From: a virus
Taxonomy: Duplodnaviria > Caudoviricetes
IMG/VR virus record: IMGVR_UViG_3300021197_001596
Location: 1,535-65,534 of that record
DNA: 64,000 nt
Strand: one strand, 5' to 3'
Each line of letters begins with the position of its first letter. Position 1 is the first letter of the stretch. The translations under genes were made by a program, and so were the position numbers. Positions 1 to 10,500 of the stretch are shown here, piece after piece. The notes beneath the pieces are model-generated. The model searched no databases. It worked only from the letters and a program-made list of their open reading frames with translations, and was not told where the DNA came from.

Positions 1-3000
1 CTTTTCTTTTTAGATTGCTCTATAATTTCTAATATCATATTTTTTACAGTAGCGGCTGCAGCGCCGTAAACACCCGTCCCTCTGAGTAATGTGTCAAAAC
101 TACTGTTGCCTATTCTAAACAATCTTGATTGAGTTTCTTCATCATCTTCATCATCAAATAATAAAGCAAAAAGACCTTGCTGTAGAGCGGAGAATATAAT
201 ATTTTGTATTACGCTATAATATGCAATCTTACTAATATTTGTCTTCCAATCTCCGCGTCCATTAATTAAATCTAAAGCAGCTTTTTTAGTTAATCGAGCA
301 TATTGCATAGGGGTATTACCAAAAGCCAATATAAGGCGCCCTAATGAGCCCGCTTGCTGTGATGATATTCTATCAGGCCTAGCAGATTGTTGTGTTTCTT
401 CTGCTATTTCTTGAAAATCTGTAAATGCTTTTGATTCTGCTTCTTCTTTACTTAATCCTTCTTTTAAATATTTTTTAATTCTGTTTCTATAAAATGTTGC
501 ACCACCAGATGCAATAGCAAATGAGTCAGCTATTTGTGTTGGGGCAAATCCTATTTTAAGAATATAACTTAACATTGCTTTTGCTTTGTTTTGAGAGGTA
601 GCAGCTGCATTAGCAATTTCATCAGCATTTACGTCTGTTTGTAAACCAGAACGTCTTTGTTTTAAGAAATCTGAATTAAATAATGCTGTAAAATCTTTTA
701 CATATTGTGGAAAATTAGCTAAAGCTAATCCCGCATTAATTGGATTGTTATCACTAAAATTTATAAAGTTAACAGCTGATAACGTTTGTAGTACAGCAGA
801 TCTAGCGTTAAAGAACATGATTGTACCAATAGAGTTATTAGTCCAATCCATAAACGCCTTTTCAGCTTTACTGGCAGCACTTCTTCTATTTCGACCAGTA
901 CTCATCCGTATTAATATATCGTCTAGTGCCTCAACATATCTATCACCATATAATGCTTTTAACTTATTTTTATTACGGTCATTAAATATTTCTTTTACAT
1001 TTTCTTTCCATTCTGTTAAATATTCAGATCTTTTTACATCATTAACATATGACACAAGGTCTGTTGTAATATCTCCGGCTGACCAATCAGCGCTTGGTGG
1101 TGGATAACCTTCAGAATTTAAAGCTTTTAATCTATCAGCAAATTCTTTTAGCTTAGGATTATTTTTTACAATATCAAGATTTTCACTTACTGTTTGCGGA
1201 TCGTTTTCTAGCCCAGGTATTTCCATACCTTGAGACTTCCATATGTATATTCTAGCAGAGTCTTGATTCGTAAATCCTGAATCATTTTCTTTATTAAGTT
1301 TTCCAGGAACATCTTTGATAGCTTGTTTCTTAAGATCCATCCACTTGCGTAATGAATTTTGCTTAGCATTTTCAAATTGTTGAATAGCACGGGAAAATGG
1401 TCTGATTAAATTTTCATTATACCACGCCATTTGTTTATTACCAACTTCTCCTTTACCAATTGTTGCGTATAACAAACCAACAAAATCATCCGCTGAATAA
1501 GGTATAAAAAATTTTTTTCCTTTACCTCTTCCTAGAAGCTTTGCTTTAACTGGTGAAAACTCTTTTGTCCAATCGACTTTAGTAGTTGCTTGTAATAATT
1601 GATTAAATTGTTTATCTAAAGATGGCTTTGTAGGAGCATCTCTAAAATATATTAAATCATTATTTACATCTAATATACTACTATATCTTTCAACAGTATT
1701 TCCAGTTTTTGGTATAACATCTTTACCTTTTTTTCTACTTTGAACTAAATCAACAAAACTTTTATCTAAAACTTTTTTAACAGCGTTAGTAAATTCTAGT
1801 GCGCTATCTCCTTCTTTATGATTATCTATTAATTTTTCAAGCTGTTCTCTTAATGTTGCAATTGGCGGTGTGTGTTCATATGTAACTTCTTTAACACCTG
1901 TTTGATATGATCTTAATTTACCCATCATTCTAAGCGGCGTATCGCTAGCAGTATTACTTCCCCAAAGCTGTAAAAGATTTTTAGCGTCTTCTTTTCTTCC
2001 TTTAAAAGTTAATTTTGTTATTTCTTCTAAAACAACTCTTTTATTGTAATCAGCTTGATTATCAAAGTTATCTAAATTCTCTTTTATGTATTCAGAAAAA
2101 TTAGAATCTTTTGCAAAGTAACCGCTTTTTCCTGTCATTGTTTTAGGATTACTTTTTGGGTATAATTCTCTTATTTTTTTACCATCAAAATATATTGTAA
2201 AATTTACTTTCCCTGTTACTTTAAATCTTTTTAAATCTTCTTTTGATAGTACATTTTGATTTTTTATAAACTCAAATAATTCTTTTGAATTATTACCCAC
2301 TACAAAACCACCATTTTTAAGGGGATCCCCAATATATCGCATGAAGTTTAAAACATCCCCTACATTTTTTGTTTTTTGTAATTCAGCTATTTTATTGTCT
2401 ACAATTTTTTTAGCCCTAACTTCAGATATTGCTGTATCTAAATTTTTAACAAATTTTTCATTTGTTGGAATATCTCCAATATCTTCCGCTTTCTTAAATG
2501 TATTTTTAGCTGCATCTTCTAAAGCTTGTTGCTCTTCTTTATTTGGTAAAAGTTTTTTGGCTTCTTCAATTGCTTTTTTAAATGCTTTAGCAAAATTACC
2601 AGTGGCTTTAAAAGCGAGCTTAAATGCTTTTAAAAATGTTTTTGCTACTGCAATAGCTAGTTCAGGTACAACTAAAGAAACGTATAAGGTATCATTATTT
2701 TTTTGAAGATTATCTAAATAATTTATTGCTCTATCTATTTTTTCAGATATAATTTCAATAAAATTACTTGGAACTTCTTGTCCTTGTAATTCTTGAATAG
2801 CTTTAAATTTTTCAACAACCTCAGGCTTTGCTAATACACCCAATACATTATCTAATCCAACCTCATCCGCAATTACCTCTGCTAAAGAAGTTTTACGAGC
2901 ACCTTTAACATTACCAGGCGCATCTAAAAAGTATTTTATAAACTCTGCTTTTGCAATGTCTCTTTTCTTAAATACTTTTTTACCTTCAGCTGTGCGTTCT

Positions 3001-5225
3001 CTTAATTGTTTACCAGTTTCGGGATCAACAACAGCTTCGTTGAATTCTTTAAACTTTTTATTTATAGTTTCCTGCGGTATTGCTGGATATATTTTTTCAA
3101 AGTTGTCTCTTAAAAACTGCTCGTAAGATGCAGTACGCCCAAATACTTTTTTAAGAGAATTAGTTAATTCTGTTCTAAATCCTTTTGTAAGGGCGGGTTT
3201 AAATCCTTTATCAGTAACAGCAGGTAGCTTTGTGCCTAAAGTTTTTTCTACAGCCGTTACAATTTCATTTTGTGTATTTTCTGAAAGATTTAAATCTTGT
3301 GCTAATGCTTTTTTAACTTCTTGCTGAGCTTCTTGTTTAATTTCAATTTGAGTATCAGCTTCAACCGTATCAGTAACCCCCTTAGCCTCAGTTACATCAG
3401 CTTCAAAAGTTTCTTTTAATATTCTTTGTGCAGCTTCAATGCCTCTTGTAGATGCAAATTTATTTACATAAGCAGCTAAAGGCACTTTTGTATCAGGATC
3501 GTATGCATTGATTAAATCTAATATACCGCGTTTACCAGTGAGTATTTCATCAGTTATAAGTTCCATATCAAATCCAGGAACCATTCTATACTTCGATGCT
3601 ATACGCTTAGCCATCGGTTTATATAACTCTAATATTTCGGCAATTCCCTCTTTACCTTTTTCATCATATATTTCATTTACCTTTTTAGCTTCTTTGCTTG
3701 ACCGATCTTCAACTCTTTCTTTAACACCTTTAATTCTATTTTTAGCCTCTATATATGTTTTTTTGAAACCCTCTAAAGCTGTATTATGTTCTTTCGTAGA
3801 TATTTGGCCATCATCTAATTTTTTATTTAATGTTTTAACTCTTTGTACTTGCAATTTAGCAAGTTCATTCATGTTAGTTATATCATCAATATCTTTATTA
3901 GAAAAATTTGGTAATATAGAATTAGACTTAGTTATTCTACCATTAAGTCTTTCTTTTATTTCATCAATAGATTTTTGAATACCTTCTTTTACGGTATCAT
4001 CTTTTGCGTTTTGTAATTGTTGATTAAGATTAGAATATTCTTGTACATCTTTTTCAATAGCTTCTTGATCAACAGGTGCTCTTAAATTACTTACAGACCT
4101 TAAAGCATATCGAGAGCCTTTAATTCCACCACCACCTAAAAATCCTTGTAATCCACTTTCTATTCCTTCTTGCGAACTAATAGCAGATATAAATTCAAAA
4201 GCAGCTTGGGTTTTGCTTCCTGTTTCACCTAATTTTTGATTAGCCGCGGTGGCTCCAAATTGTAACATTTCTGTTATAGCTTCACTTTCACTAGCAGCGA
4301 GTATATCAGCAACTATAGCTTTTGTTGCTGCATTACCCATAGAATTTGTTAAAGCACCGGTCATTTTTCCAAAAGCAAAAAACTCAAGAGCTGATTGAAC
4401 ACCCGCTATTGCTATAGGAGCACCTAAATCAGCTTTATCTTCTTTTATAAGAGTGTCAAGTTTTACGCCTAGTCTTTTAGCTTTTCCCTCATTATAATCA
4501 ACATAATTTTCTGCTAAAAAATCCATGAAATATCCAGACCCAAAAGTACCACCCCCATATATAATTGATCCTAATGCGTTTATACCAGCACCTAGCATAG
4601 CTGAAAACCCTTTAACTATTTCTCCTTGCTTAAAACTTTCAATTATAGGTAAAGTTTCTTTTCTTCTTTCTTGTTGTTTTTTATACTCAGGAATTGCTTC
4701 TAATAATTCATTAGATCCCAATCCTTCTGTTAAAAAAGAATCTTCGCCATATTTGGCAACGTAAGCATCGACAACATCTTTACCAAATACACCTTGTGCT
4801 ATTGCTGAAGAAGCAATATCTAAACTAGCAGATTCTCCAGAATAAAATTCCCCAACTCTAGAAGCGTCTAATTTTAAAGTTGAAAATGCATTTGATAATG
4901 ATTCTTTTGCTGACAAGCTAGCAACTCTTTCTTCTGCCGCGGCATCTTCTGCAGCTTTACGATCAATCTCTTCTTGTGTAATTAATGTTGAATCAACTGT
5001 TCCTGTTTGAGGTGATTCCAAAGAAATATCTACCGATGGTGATTCCGTAACGGTTAACTCGGGTGCTGCATTTTCCTCCACATCCGCACCCGGTGATGTG
5101 GGAGTTGTCTTTCCCAGCTCCTTAATCTCATGTTGTTTGATATAATCATCAACAGTCATATTAGATTGCGCAGCAGCTGATTGTATTTGCTCGAGTGTAA
5201 ACTCTTCGTTATTAAATTCAAACAT
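1..5225 (-). CDS. Giant virion (DNA-ejection/cargo-type) protein, >1741 aa, 3' end outside the window
   Basis: Absent from the ORF track because it has no stop in the window. ATG at 5225 (MFEFNNEEFTLEQIQSAAAQ...); spot-checked segments read in the same frame down to position 1 (...MILEIIEQSKKK). It is the last visible gene of the tail/ejection cluster, mostly helical, with G/A-rich hydrophobic stretches and a sigma-region-2-like segment at 3418..3638. Confidence 0.8.
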   Translation of the reverse strand, partial: MFEFNNEEFTLEQIQSAAAQSNMTVDDYIKQHEIKELGKTTPTSPGADVEENAAPELTVTESPSVDISLESPQTGTVDSTLITQEEIDRKAAEDAAAEERVASLSAKESLSNAFSTLKLDASRVGEFYSGESASLDIASSAIAQGVFGKDVVDAYVAKYGEDSFLTEGLGSNELLEAIPEYKKQQERRKETLPIIESFKQGEIVKGFSAMLGAGINALGSIIYGGGTFGSGYFMDFLAENYVDYNEGKAKRLGVKLDTLIKEDKADLGAPIAIAGVQSALEFFAFGKMTGALTNSMGNAATKAIVADILAASESEAITEMLQFGATAANQKLGETGSKTQAAFEFISAISSQEGIESGLQGFLGGGGIKGSRYALRSVSNLRAPVDQEAIEKDVQEYSNLNQQLQNAKDDTVKEGIQKSIDEIKERLNGRITKSNSILPNFSNKDIDDITNMNELAKLQVQRVKTLNKKLDDGQISTKEHNTALEGFKKTYIEAKNRIKGVKERVEDRSSKEAKKVNEIYDEKGKEGIAEILELYKPMAKRIASKYRMVPGFDMELITDEILTGKRGILDLINAYDPDTKVPLAAYVNKFASTRGIEAAQRILKETFEADVTEAKGVTDTVEADTQIEIKQEAQQEVKKALAQDLNLSENTQNEIVTAVEKTLGTKLPAVTDKGFKPALTKGFRTELTNSLKKVFGRTASYEQFLRDNFEKIYPAIPQETINKKFKEFNEAVVDPETGKQLRERTAEGKKVFKKRDIAKAEFIKYFLDAPGNVKGARKTSLAEVIADEVGLDNVLGVLAKPEVVEKFKAIQELQGQEVPSNFIEIISEKIDRAINYLDNLQKNNDTLYVSLVVPELAIAVAKTFLKAFKLAFKATGNFAKAFKKAIEEAKKLLPNKEEQQALEDAAKNTFKKAEDIGDIPTNEKFVKNLDTAISEVRAKKIVDNKIAELQKTKNVGDVLNFMRYIGDPLKNGGFVVGNNSKELFEFIKNQNVLSKEDLKRFKVTGKVNFTIYFDGKKIRELYPKSNPKTMTGKSGYFAKDSNFSEYIKENLDNFDNQADYNKRVVLEEITKLTFKGRKEDAKNLLQLWGSNTASDTPLRMMGKLRSYQTGVKEVTYEHTPPIATLREQLEKLIDNHKEGDSALEFTNAVKKVLDKSFVDLVQSRKKGKDVIPKTGNTVERYSSILDVNNDLIYFRDAPTKPSLDKQFNQLLQATTKVDWTKEFSPVKAKLLGRGKGKKFFIPYSADDFVGLLYATIGKGEVGNKQMAWYNENLIRPFSRAIQQFENAKQNSLRKWMDLKKQAIKDVPGKLNKENDSGFTNQDSARIYIWKSQGMEIPGLENDPQTVSENLDIVKNNPKLKEFADRLKALNSEGYPPPSADWSAGDITTDLVSYVNDVKRSEYLTEWKENVKEIFNDRNKNKLKALYGDRYVEALDDILIRMSTGRNRRSAASKAEKAFMDWTNNSIGTIMFFNARSAVLQTLSAVNFINFSDNNPINAGLALANFPQYVKDFTALFNSDFLKQRRSGLQTDVNADEIANAAATSQNKAKAMLSYILKIGFAPTQIADSFAIASGGATFYRNRIKKYLKEGLSKEEAESKAFTDFQEIAEETQQSARPDRISSQQAGSLGRLILAFGNTPMQYARLTKKAALDLINGRGDWKTNISKIAYYSVIQNIIFSALQQGLFALLFDDEDDEETQSRLFRIGNSSFDTLLRGTGVYGAAAATVKNMILEIIEQSKKK
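5060..5115 (-). other. Putative -1 programmed ribosomal frameshift signal (slippery heptamer plus H-type pseudoknot)
   Basis: In-phase G_GGA_AAG at 5115..5109, 7-nt spacer, stem 1 CCACAUC/GAUGUGG, stem 2 CGGGUGC/GCACCCG, loops of 2, 1 and 11 nt. Confidence 0.75.
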
Positions 5226-5229
5226 ACTA

Positions 5230-6549
5230 TTATTCTCTATTTGTAAAGCCTATTGGCAAATTTCCAGTATCAATCGGTTTTGTGGTTGGCCTTCTTCCCG
5301 CTTCGCCCTGTTTTTGATATTCTGCAAACTGAGGGCTGGCAATTAATTTTCTTAATCCTTCTTCAAGTTTTTTACGCACGGCGGCTGTATACGATTTATT
5401 AGTTTGAATTTCATTAAACAATCTAGTTATATCGTTTTCATTTAATAAATCATAAGTTATGAAGCTTTCATTCCCATCGTCGTCATAAGTAGCAAGGCTA
5501 AATTCACGTGTAACTTCATTAAATTTAGTTTTATCACCTGAAACAGATCTAAAATATTCAGATGGATTATTTAAAAGTTTTGAGGCTTCTTGCGCTCCTA
5601 ATATAATATCGGTATCAGCGCTTTCCCCTTTGCCTTTTGCTTTTGCTTTTTCAAAAGCTAATTTTTCAGACACTTTTTTGTTGTAAAGCTCTTTAGATCT
5701 ATTGTAAGCATCGCGCGCAGCAGCTTTATATCTATCGGAAACAATTTTTACAAGATTATCTCTATCAATAGTATCAAACTGACCGTTATCTTCAAAATCA
5801 TCTTTTATTTTTTGTTCTAAGCCAAGCGGCAATTCGCCGTCCATTTCATCAACTAATACACTTGCTAAATCTGCATCTGTATATTTTATATTACTTACCT
5901 CATTATCAATTTTATTATTGAATGACGCTTCATCCCATCCTTGTAAACCATATTTTTCATATTCATTACCTACGGTTTGTAATTGCTGTAGATATGAGTC
6001 TGATCTTCTTGATATTGGCCTTGTATTAACTAAAGCACCAAAATCTTTTACTTCGCCATCATTAAATATAAATTGACCATCCTGTACGGTATAATTGCCC
6101 TTATATATATCATCAACCTTTGACATTAGTTCAGGGCTATTTAATTTACTTAAATCATCTTGCCCCATTTCAGCTAGGTTAGCAATCCATTGCTTAAAAT
6201 CACCAGCCTGTGTAGCTATCTTATTAACTTTACCCATAGCTTTACTAATAGCTAATTGTCTTTCAACAGGGGTTATATTTTTATCTTGAATAGCAGCAAT
6301 AGCTTCATTACGAATATTCATAGCTTCACCCATTGCGTATTCACGCATTTGCTCTGGAACTTGTGATTCATCAAGCATCGGTAATTGTGCAATAGCCTGA
6401 GCTTGTAATTCTTGTCGTCTATTTTCTACAGCACGACGTCTAAGTATAGCTTGTTCGCCTCGCATTACAGCCTCACCAACGACGTCTCCAACGTCGGTAA
6501 ACCTATTTGCTGCCATTCGCGCACCTCTAATTAATTGTTGATTTGCCAT
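5230..6549 (-). CDS. Putative ejection/internal virion protein (439 aa)
   Basis: Helical A/Q-rich N-terminus; lies between the small Gly/Ala-rich protein and the giant protein, as in podovirus ejection triplets. Confidence 0.6.
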   Translation of the reverse strand: MANQQLIRGARMAANRFTDVGDVVGEAVMRGEQAILRRRAVENRRQELQAQAIAQLPMLDESQVPEQMREYAMGEAMNIRNEAIAAIQDKNITPVERQLAISKAMGKVNKIATQAGDFKQWIANLAEMGQDDLSKLNSPELMSKVDDIYKGNYTVQDGQFIFNDGEVKDFGALVNTRPISRRSDSYLQQLQTVGNEYEKYGLQGWDEASFNNKIDNEVSNIKYTDADLASVLVDEMDGELPLGLEQKIKDDFEDNGQFDTIDRDNLVKIVSDRYKAAARDAYNRSKELYNKKVSEKLAFEKAKAKGKGESADTDIILGAQEASKLLNNPSEYFRSVSGDKTKFNEVTREFSLATYDDDGNESFITYDLLNENDITRLFNEIQTNKSYTAAVRKKLEEGLRKLIASPQFAEYQKQGEAGRRPTTKPIDTGNLPIGFTNRE

Positions 6550-6559
6550 ATTATATATT

Positions 6560-7261
6560 TTATGCTGCTCCAGCGGCTATTCGTCCAGCTCCCGTAGCTA
6601 CGTTAGCTATACCACCAACTAAGCCTTTAGTTGCAGCTTGTCTTGCTTCGTCTGCGGCAGCTTTACGCTGTTGAGCCATTCCAAATAATGTTTCTGTTCT
6701 ACCAAATTCTTTTGCTTCTTTTGCTTGCTGGCCCGCAGCTCTTTGAGTTTCTAAATTTGCTTGCCCTTTTGCTCTTGCCATTTGATTAGCACTTTCTTGT
6801 TGTCCAATACTTGCTGAAGCGGCCTGTAGATTGCTTGAAGATTGTTGCGCTAACGTTTGCGCTAATGCCGCAATTCCTGATCCACCAGCGGCTCCAGATA
6901 AACCTGATAATGTACCAGCTAATCCTTGTTGTTGTTGTTGAGAAGCAAACTGTGCTTGTTGTTGATTTACAGTCAAATCCTCAAATGTATTAGTTAAGTT
7001 AGCAGAAGGGTCTTTAAATTCAAATGATTCATATGCAGCTCTTTGTTGTGCTAATTCTGCTCTTGCGGCTTTTTGCTCTCTTCTACGAGCGCGACCACCA
7101 ATAAGGCCACCAGCAATACCTGCTAGTCCACCAGCAATTTGTCCAAATGCTCCAGGATCGTCTTTAGCTGCCCCTTTTACAGCACCACCTAAATCAAATT
7201 TTTTCAAAGGAGATGTTTCTGCTTGAGCAACATATTTTAAAGGTGTTTTTCTTTCTTCCAT
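6560..7261 (-). CDS. Putative small ejection (pilot-like) protein (233 aa)
   Basis: Gly/Ala-rich hydrophobic segments (AGGLAGIAGGLIGG; GLSGAAGGSGIAALA) and Q-rich coiled coils typical of DNA-injection proteins. Confidence 0.65.
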   Translation of the reverse strand: MEERKTPLKYVAQAETSPLKKFDLGGAVKGAAKDDPGAFGQIAGGLAGIAGGLIGGRARRREQKAARAELAQQRAAYESFEFKDPSANLTNTFEDLTVNQQQAQFASQQQQQGLAGTLSGLSGAAGGSGIAALAQTLAQQSSSNLQAASASIGQQESANQMARAKGQANLETQRAAGQQAKEAKEFGRTETLFGMAQQRKAAADEARQAATKGLVGGIANVATGAGRIAAGAA

Positions 7262-7263
7262 AA

Positions 7264-7587
7264 TTAATTACTACTAAACATTGTTTCGCTGTTTACAGCG
7301 TATAATTCACAAAATTCCGTGCTATCATTTTCCATTTTTATAGTGGCTTGATAGCCAATAAGTCCACTACTATTTATTACATTATTTTTAGCAAACATAA
7401 AGTAATCACCTATAACGGGTCTTTGTGCTTGCACAGGTACATCTACTATAAAGCTTAATCTATCAGAAGCAACGGAAACACATCCGCCTAATTCTGTTAA
7501 ATTATCATTTTTTAAAAAATATATAATATCTCCTTTTTGCAAAGAAGTATTTAATGCTTCACCAAAATTTACAGTTAAATTAGCCAT
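7264..7587 (-). CDS. Tail-associated protein (107 aa), resembles a detached C-terminal module of the stabilization protein
   Basis: Starts 2 nt after the 2593-aa gene ends; finishes GLIGYQATIKMENDSTEFCELYAVNSETMFSSN. Confidence 0.55.
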   Translation of the reverse strand: MANLTVNFGEALNTSLQKGDIIYFLKNDNLTELGGCVSVASDRLSFIVDVPVQAQRPVIGDYFMFAKNNVINSSGLIGYQATIKMENDSTEFCELYAVNSETMFSSN

Positions 7588-7589
7588 TT

Positions 7590-10500
7590 TTATTCATTTT
7601 TAGATGGTAGATACATATCTCCTGTATAAAAGTTTTTCCATTGATCAGACTCAGCCGCATCTACCGTTGCTCTATTGTCTCCTATGTTTATAGTATATAA
7701 TGATGGAAAATTTGGGTTTTCAATATGATCCCAATATGCTTCATAATTACCTTGAAATACAAAATCCTTAAGAGAGTAATCATATTCATATTTTGGCTCT
7801 GGTTTTTTTGCTCCCGACGTTATTATCATCCTTGTAAAATCCCAATAACTAGCACCTAAACGTTTTAAATCAGCTGTTGGACCTGAAGCACCAACTATTT
7901 GTGGACTATACAAACGTAACCCATTAACATTTACATTTGAATATACTTGAACACCTATAGTAAGCGTACCTTTACCTTTCGAATCCATTTGTACTTTTGC
8001 TTCCCAAGTATTTAAAGAAGGATCAGTTACTTTCCAGCCGTATGTTTCTACGTGTTCAATTGCTTTTTGAGCATAAATACCTTTTGGATAAGAAGAAGAT
8101 GTTACGATCATTAATTGTTTATTTCTAGAATTGTTAGAAACATTATTTCCGGATACGTTCGATATATTTGTATATCTTTGGTCAAAATAAGTTCCTTTTA
8201 CTGTTATTTCTTTATTTGCATAAGCTGGATTTTCTAGATAAAACTCTTGGTATTGAATAATACCACCACTGTTAGACGGTATGCTTCTTGTGTAACCCAT
8301 GTTACCTTTATACGCAAGGTATGATGGATCATCGTCAAAATTTGATATTGAACAATTTGTTTCTTCTATAGTTATTGGAGCTTCTCCTTGCAAAAAATTG
8401 TAATGGCCTTTAGGTACAGCTGATCCACCTGCATTAAGAAATTTATTTTCATCACTATAAACAAGGTTTGGATTATCTTTTATATACACAGGAAATCTAT
8501 TACCGACATACGCTAAATCACCATCATTTGTTCTTAAATAAATAAGACTACCTTTTTTTAATGGTGAGTCTTTAGAAATAACATCTACAAAATCTACGTT
8601 GTCGTCATGAACTAAATTACATGGATTACTTGTGTGATCAAAATTTCCTATTTTTGCAAGATATTTGTTGAAAAAATTAGGATGATCGTTAACTGCTGTT
8701 ATTGTAAGTTCTGGTGCATAATAAGCGTTACCAACGGCATTGTTATTAAAATTGACTAGCATATTAACCGTAAGAGTTTTACCGTCCGCGCTAACTTCAA
8801 AAGTATTTGTTACTTGTTTTGAATCCCCAAATATATCAGTATAAGTACCAGCAGCTGCTTTTGTAAAATAACTACCTAAGTTTGTTATATTATACTTTGA
8901 TGTGCTAGTGTTATCTGGATCCCACCAATAAAATAAACTTTCGGGCATTTTAATCACATGCTGTATTAATTTATTTCCCGCAGATCCATCAGTAATCCAA
9001 TATCTACCAGAAGTTAAATCACTAAAAGAATTATTTACGTTTTGTATTCCATTACCTGCAAAAAAAGTTTCTAAACCATTAGATCCTTTCCATCTTTGTT
9101 TAAAACCATCAACATTACGTACAATACTGTCTATGTTTCTAAACGTTCTTTGATTTTGTGGTCCATTTTCAAAAGTTGAACCGGCTGGTGCAGTGTAAAG
9201 AGTTGAATTATATGATTCAGAACTTGCATACCCATTTATTTTAGTAAAGCCTGATGATTTTAATTGCGTTGCAAAAGCTATAAGAGCTCTTATTTCAACA
9301 CCGGTATTAGCTTCAAAAAGCTCCTCTAAAGGTCTGATTGTATATGTTTGATTTGTTGAGGGCGCAACAAAAGTTTTATTTTTAAAACCTACGACAATTT
9401 CACTATTGTTAACACTATTGTAAGAACCAAATGAAACTTTTTCATTAAAAGCAAAGGTTGCTGTAACATCGTTATTAGATGAGTCATATATTTTAAAAGG
9501 TATTATATTAGTAAATGTTTTTTTATTTTTATAACCAGAAGCCGCAGTTAAGGAAAAATGACGATTAATCATACTCGTGTGTGGCTTATTTGCTTTTGTT
9601 GTTACTGTATAAGGTACACTTGCACCGTTATATCCAGCTATAGTATAATTTGACGTAGCCGATCCACCAGCTATAGTATTAGAATAAGCAAAAGTTATTG
9701 TTACGTTTTTTTCTAATAAATTATTTAAGTTTAATTCAAAAAACTCTGATTCAATAAAACTAGTAGATTTTAAATTACCCTTTATTAATAAAGTATCATT
9801 AGTTGCTGTAGTTAAAGTAAACGTATTAAATGTTATTTTTGTCTCTGTGTCGTTACTATCAAAAACTATGTCGTCCATAACAGGAATCTTACTAAGATTA
9901 TAGCCAGTTCCATCTAATGTATATGAAAATGTAAAATCAATATCAGCAATATCATCTACATAACCAGAAACAATAACAGGACTATTTGTTAAAGACTGCG
10001 CGGTTGTAATGTTATTTCCAATATTAACAGTAAACGTTATATCATTGACATATCTAACTTTTCTAAAAATATTAAAAGTTTCATCACCAAAAGTACTAGA
10101 AAAAACAGTTCCCGACACTGTTTTCAACTTTACAGTATATGTCTGTGCAGTATCTCCAGCTGGAAAAACTAAATCTATATAAGACTTTAAAGTATCAGAT
10201 GGTATTTTCCCATTAACTGTTTTTATAACACTAGACCCTTCTAAAAAAACAAGTTCATATTCTGCGTTTTTTTCACCGTTTAATACCAACGTTCTAGTCT
10301 CACCATTATTATCAATGTCACTAGTGTTTAAATTTTTAGTAAATATTATTTTATCAGGTATTATTATTTTATGAGCTACAGCACTTATAGTGTAGTTTAT
10401 ATTTGCAGAATTTGTTCTTGGTATGGTTATAGTTTCTACAACTTCAACATTTCCATTATCTAATTTGTTTTTACTTATAGAAATTAAAGGATTATCTATA

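Noticed and set aside
1-5225. Giant protein as a crAss-type virion RNA polymerase
   Set aside because: No DxDGD/DFDID catalytic motif noticed in the segments I translated; the missing C-terminus cannot be assessed.
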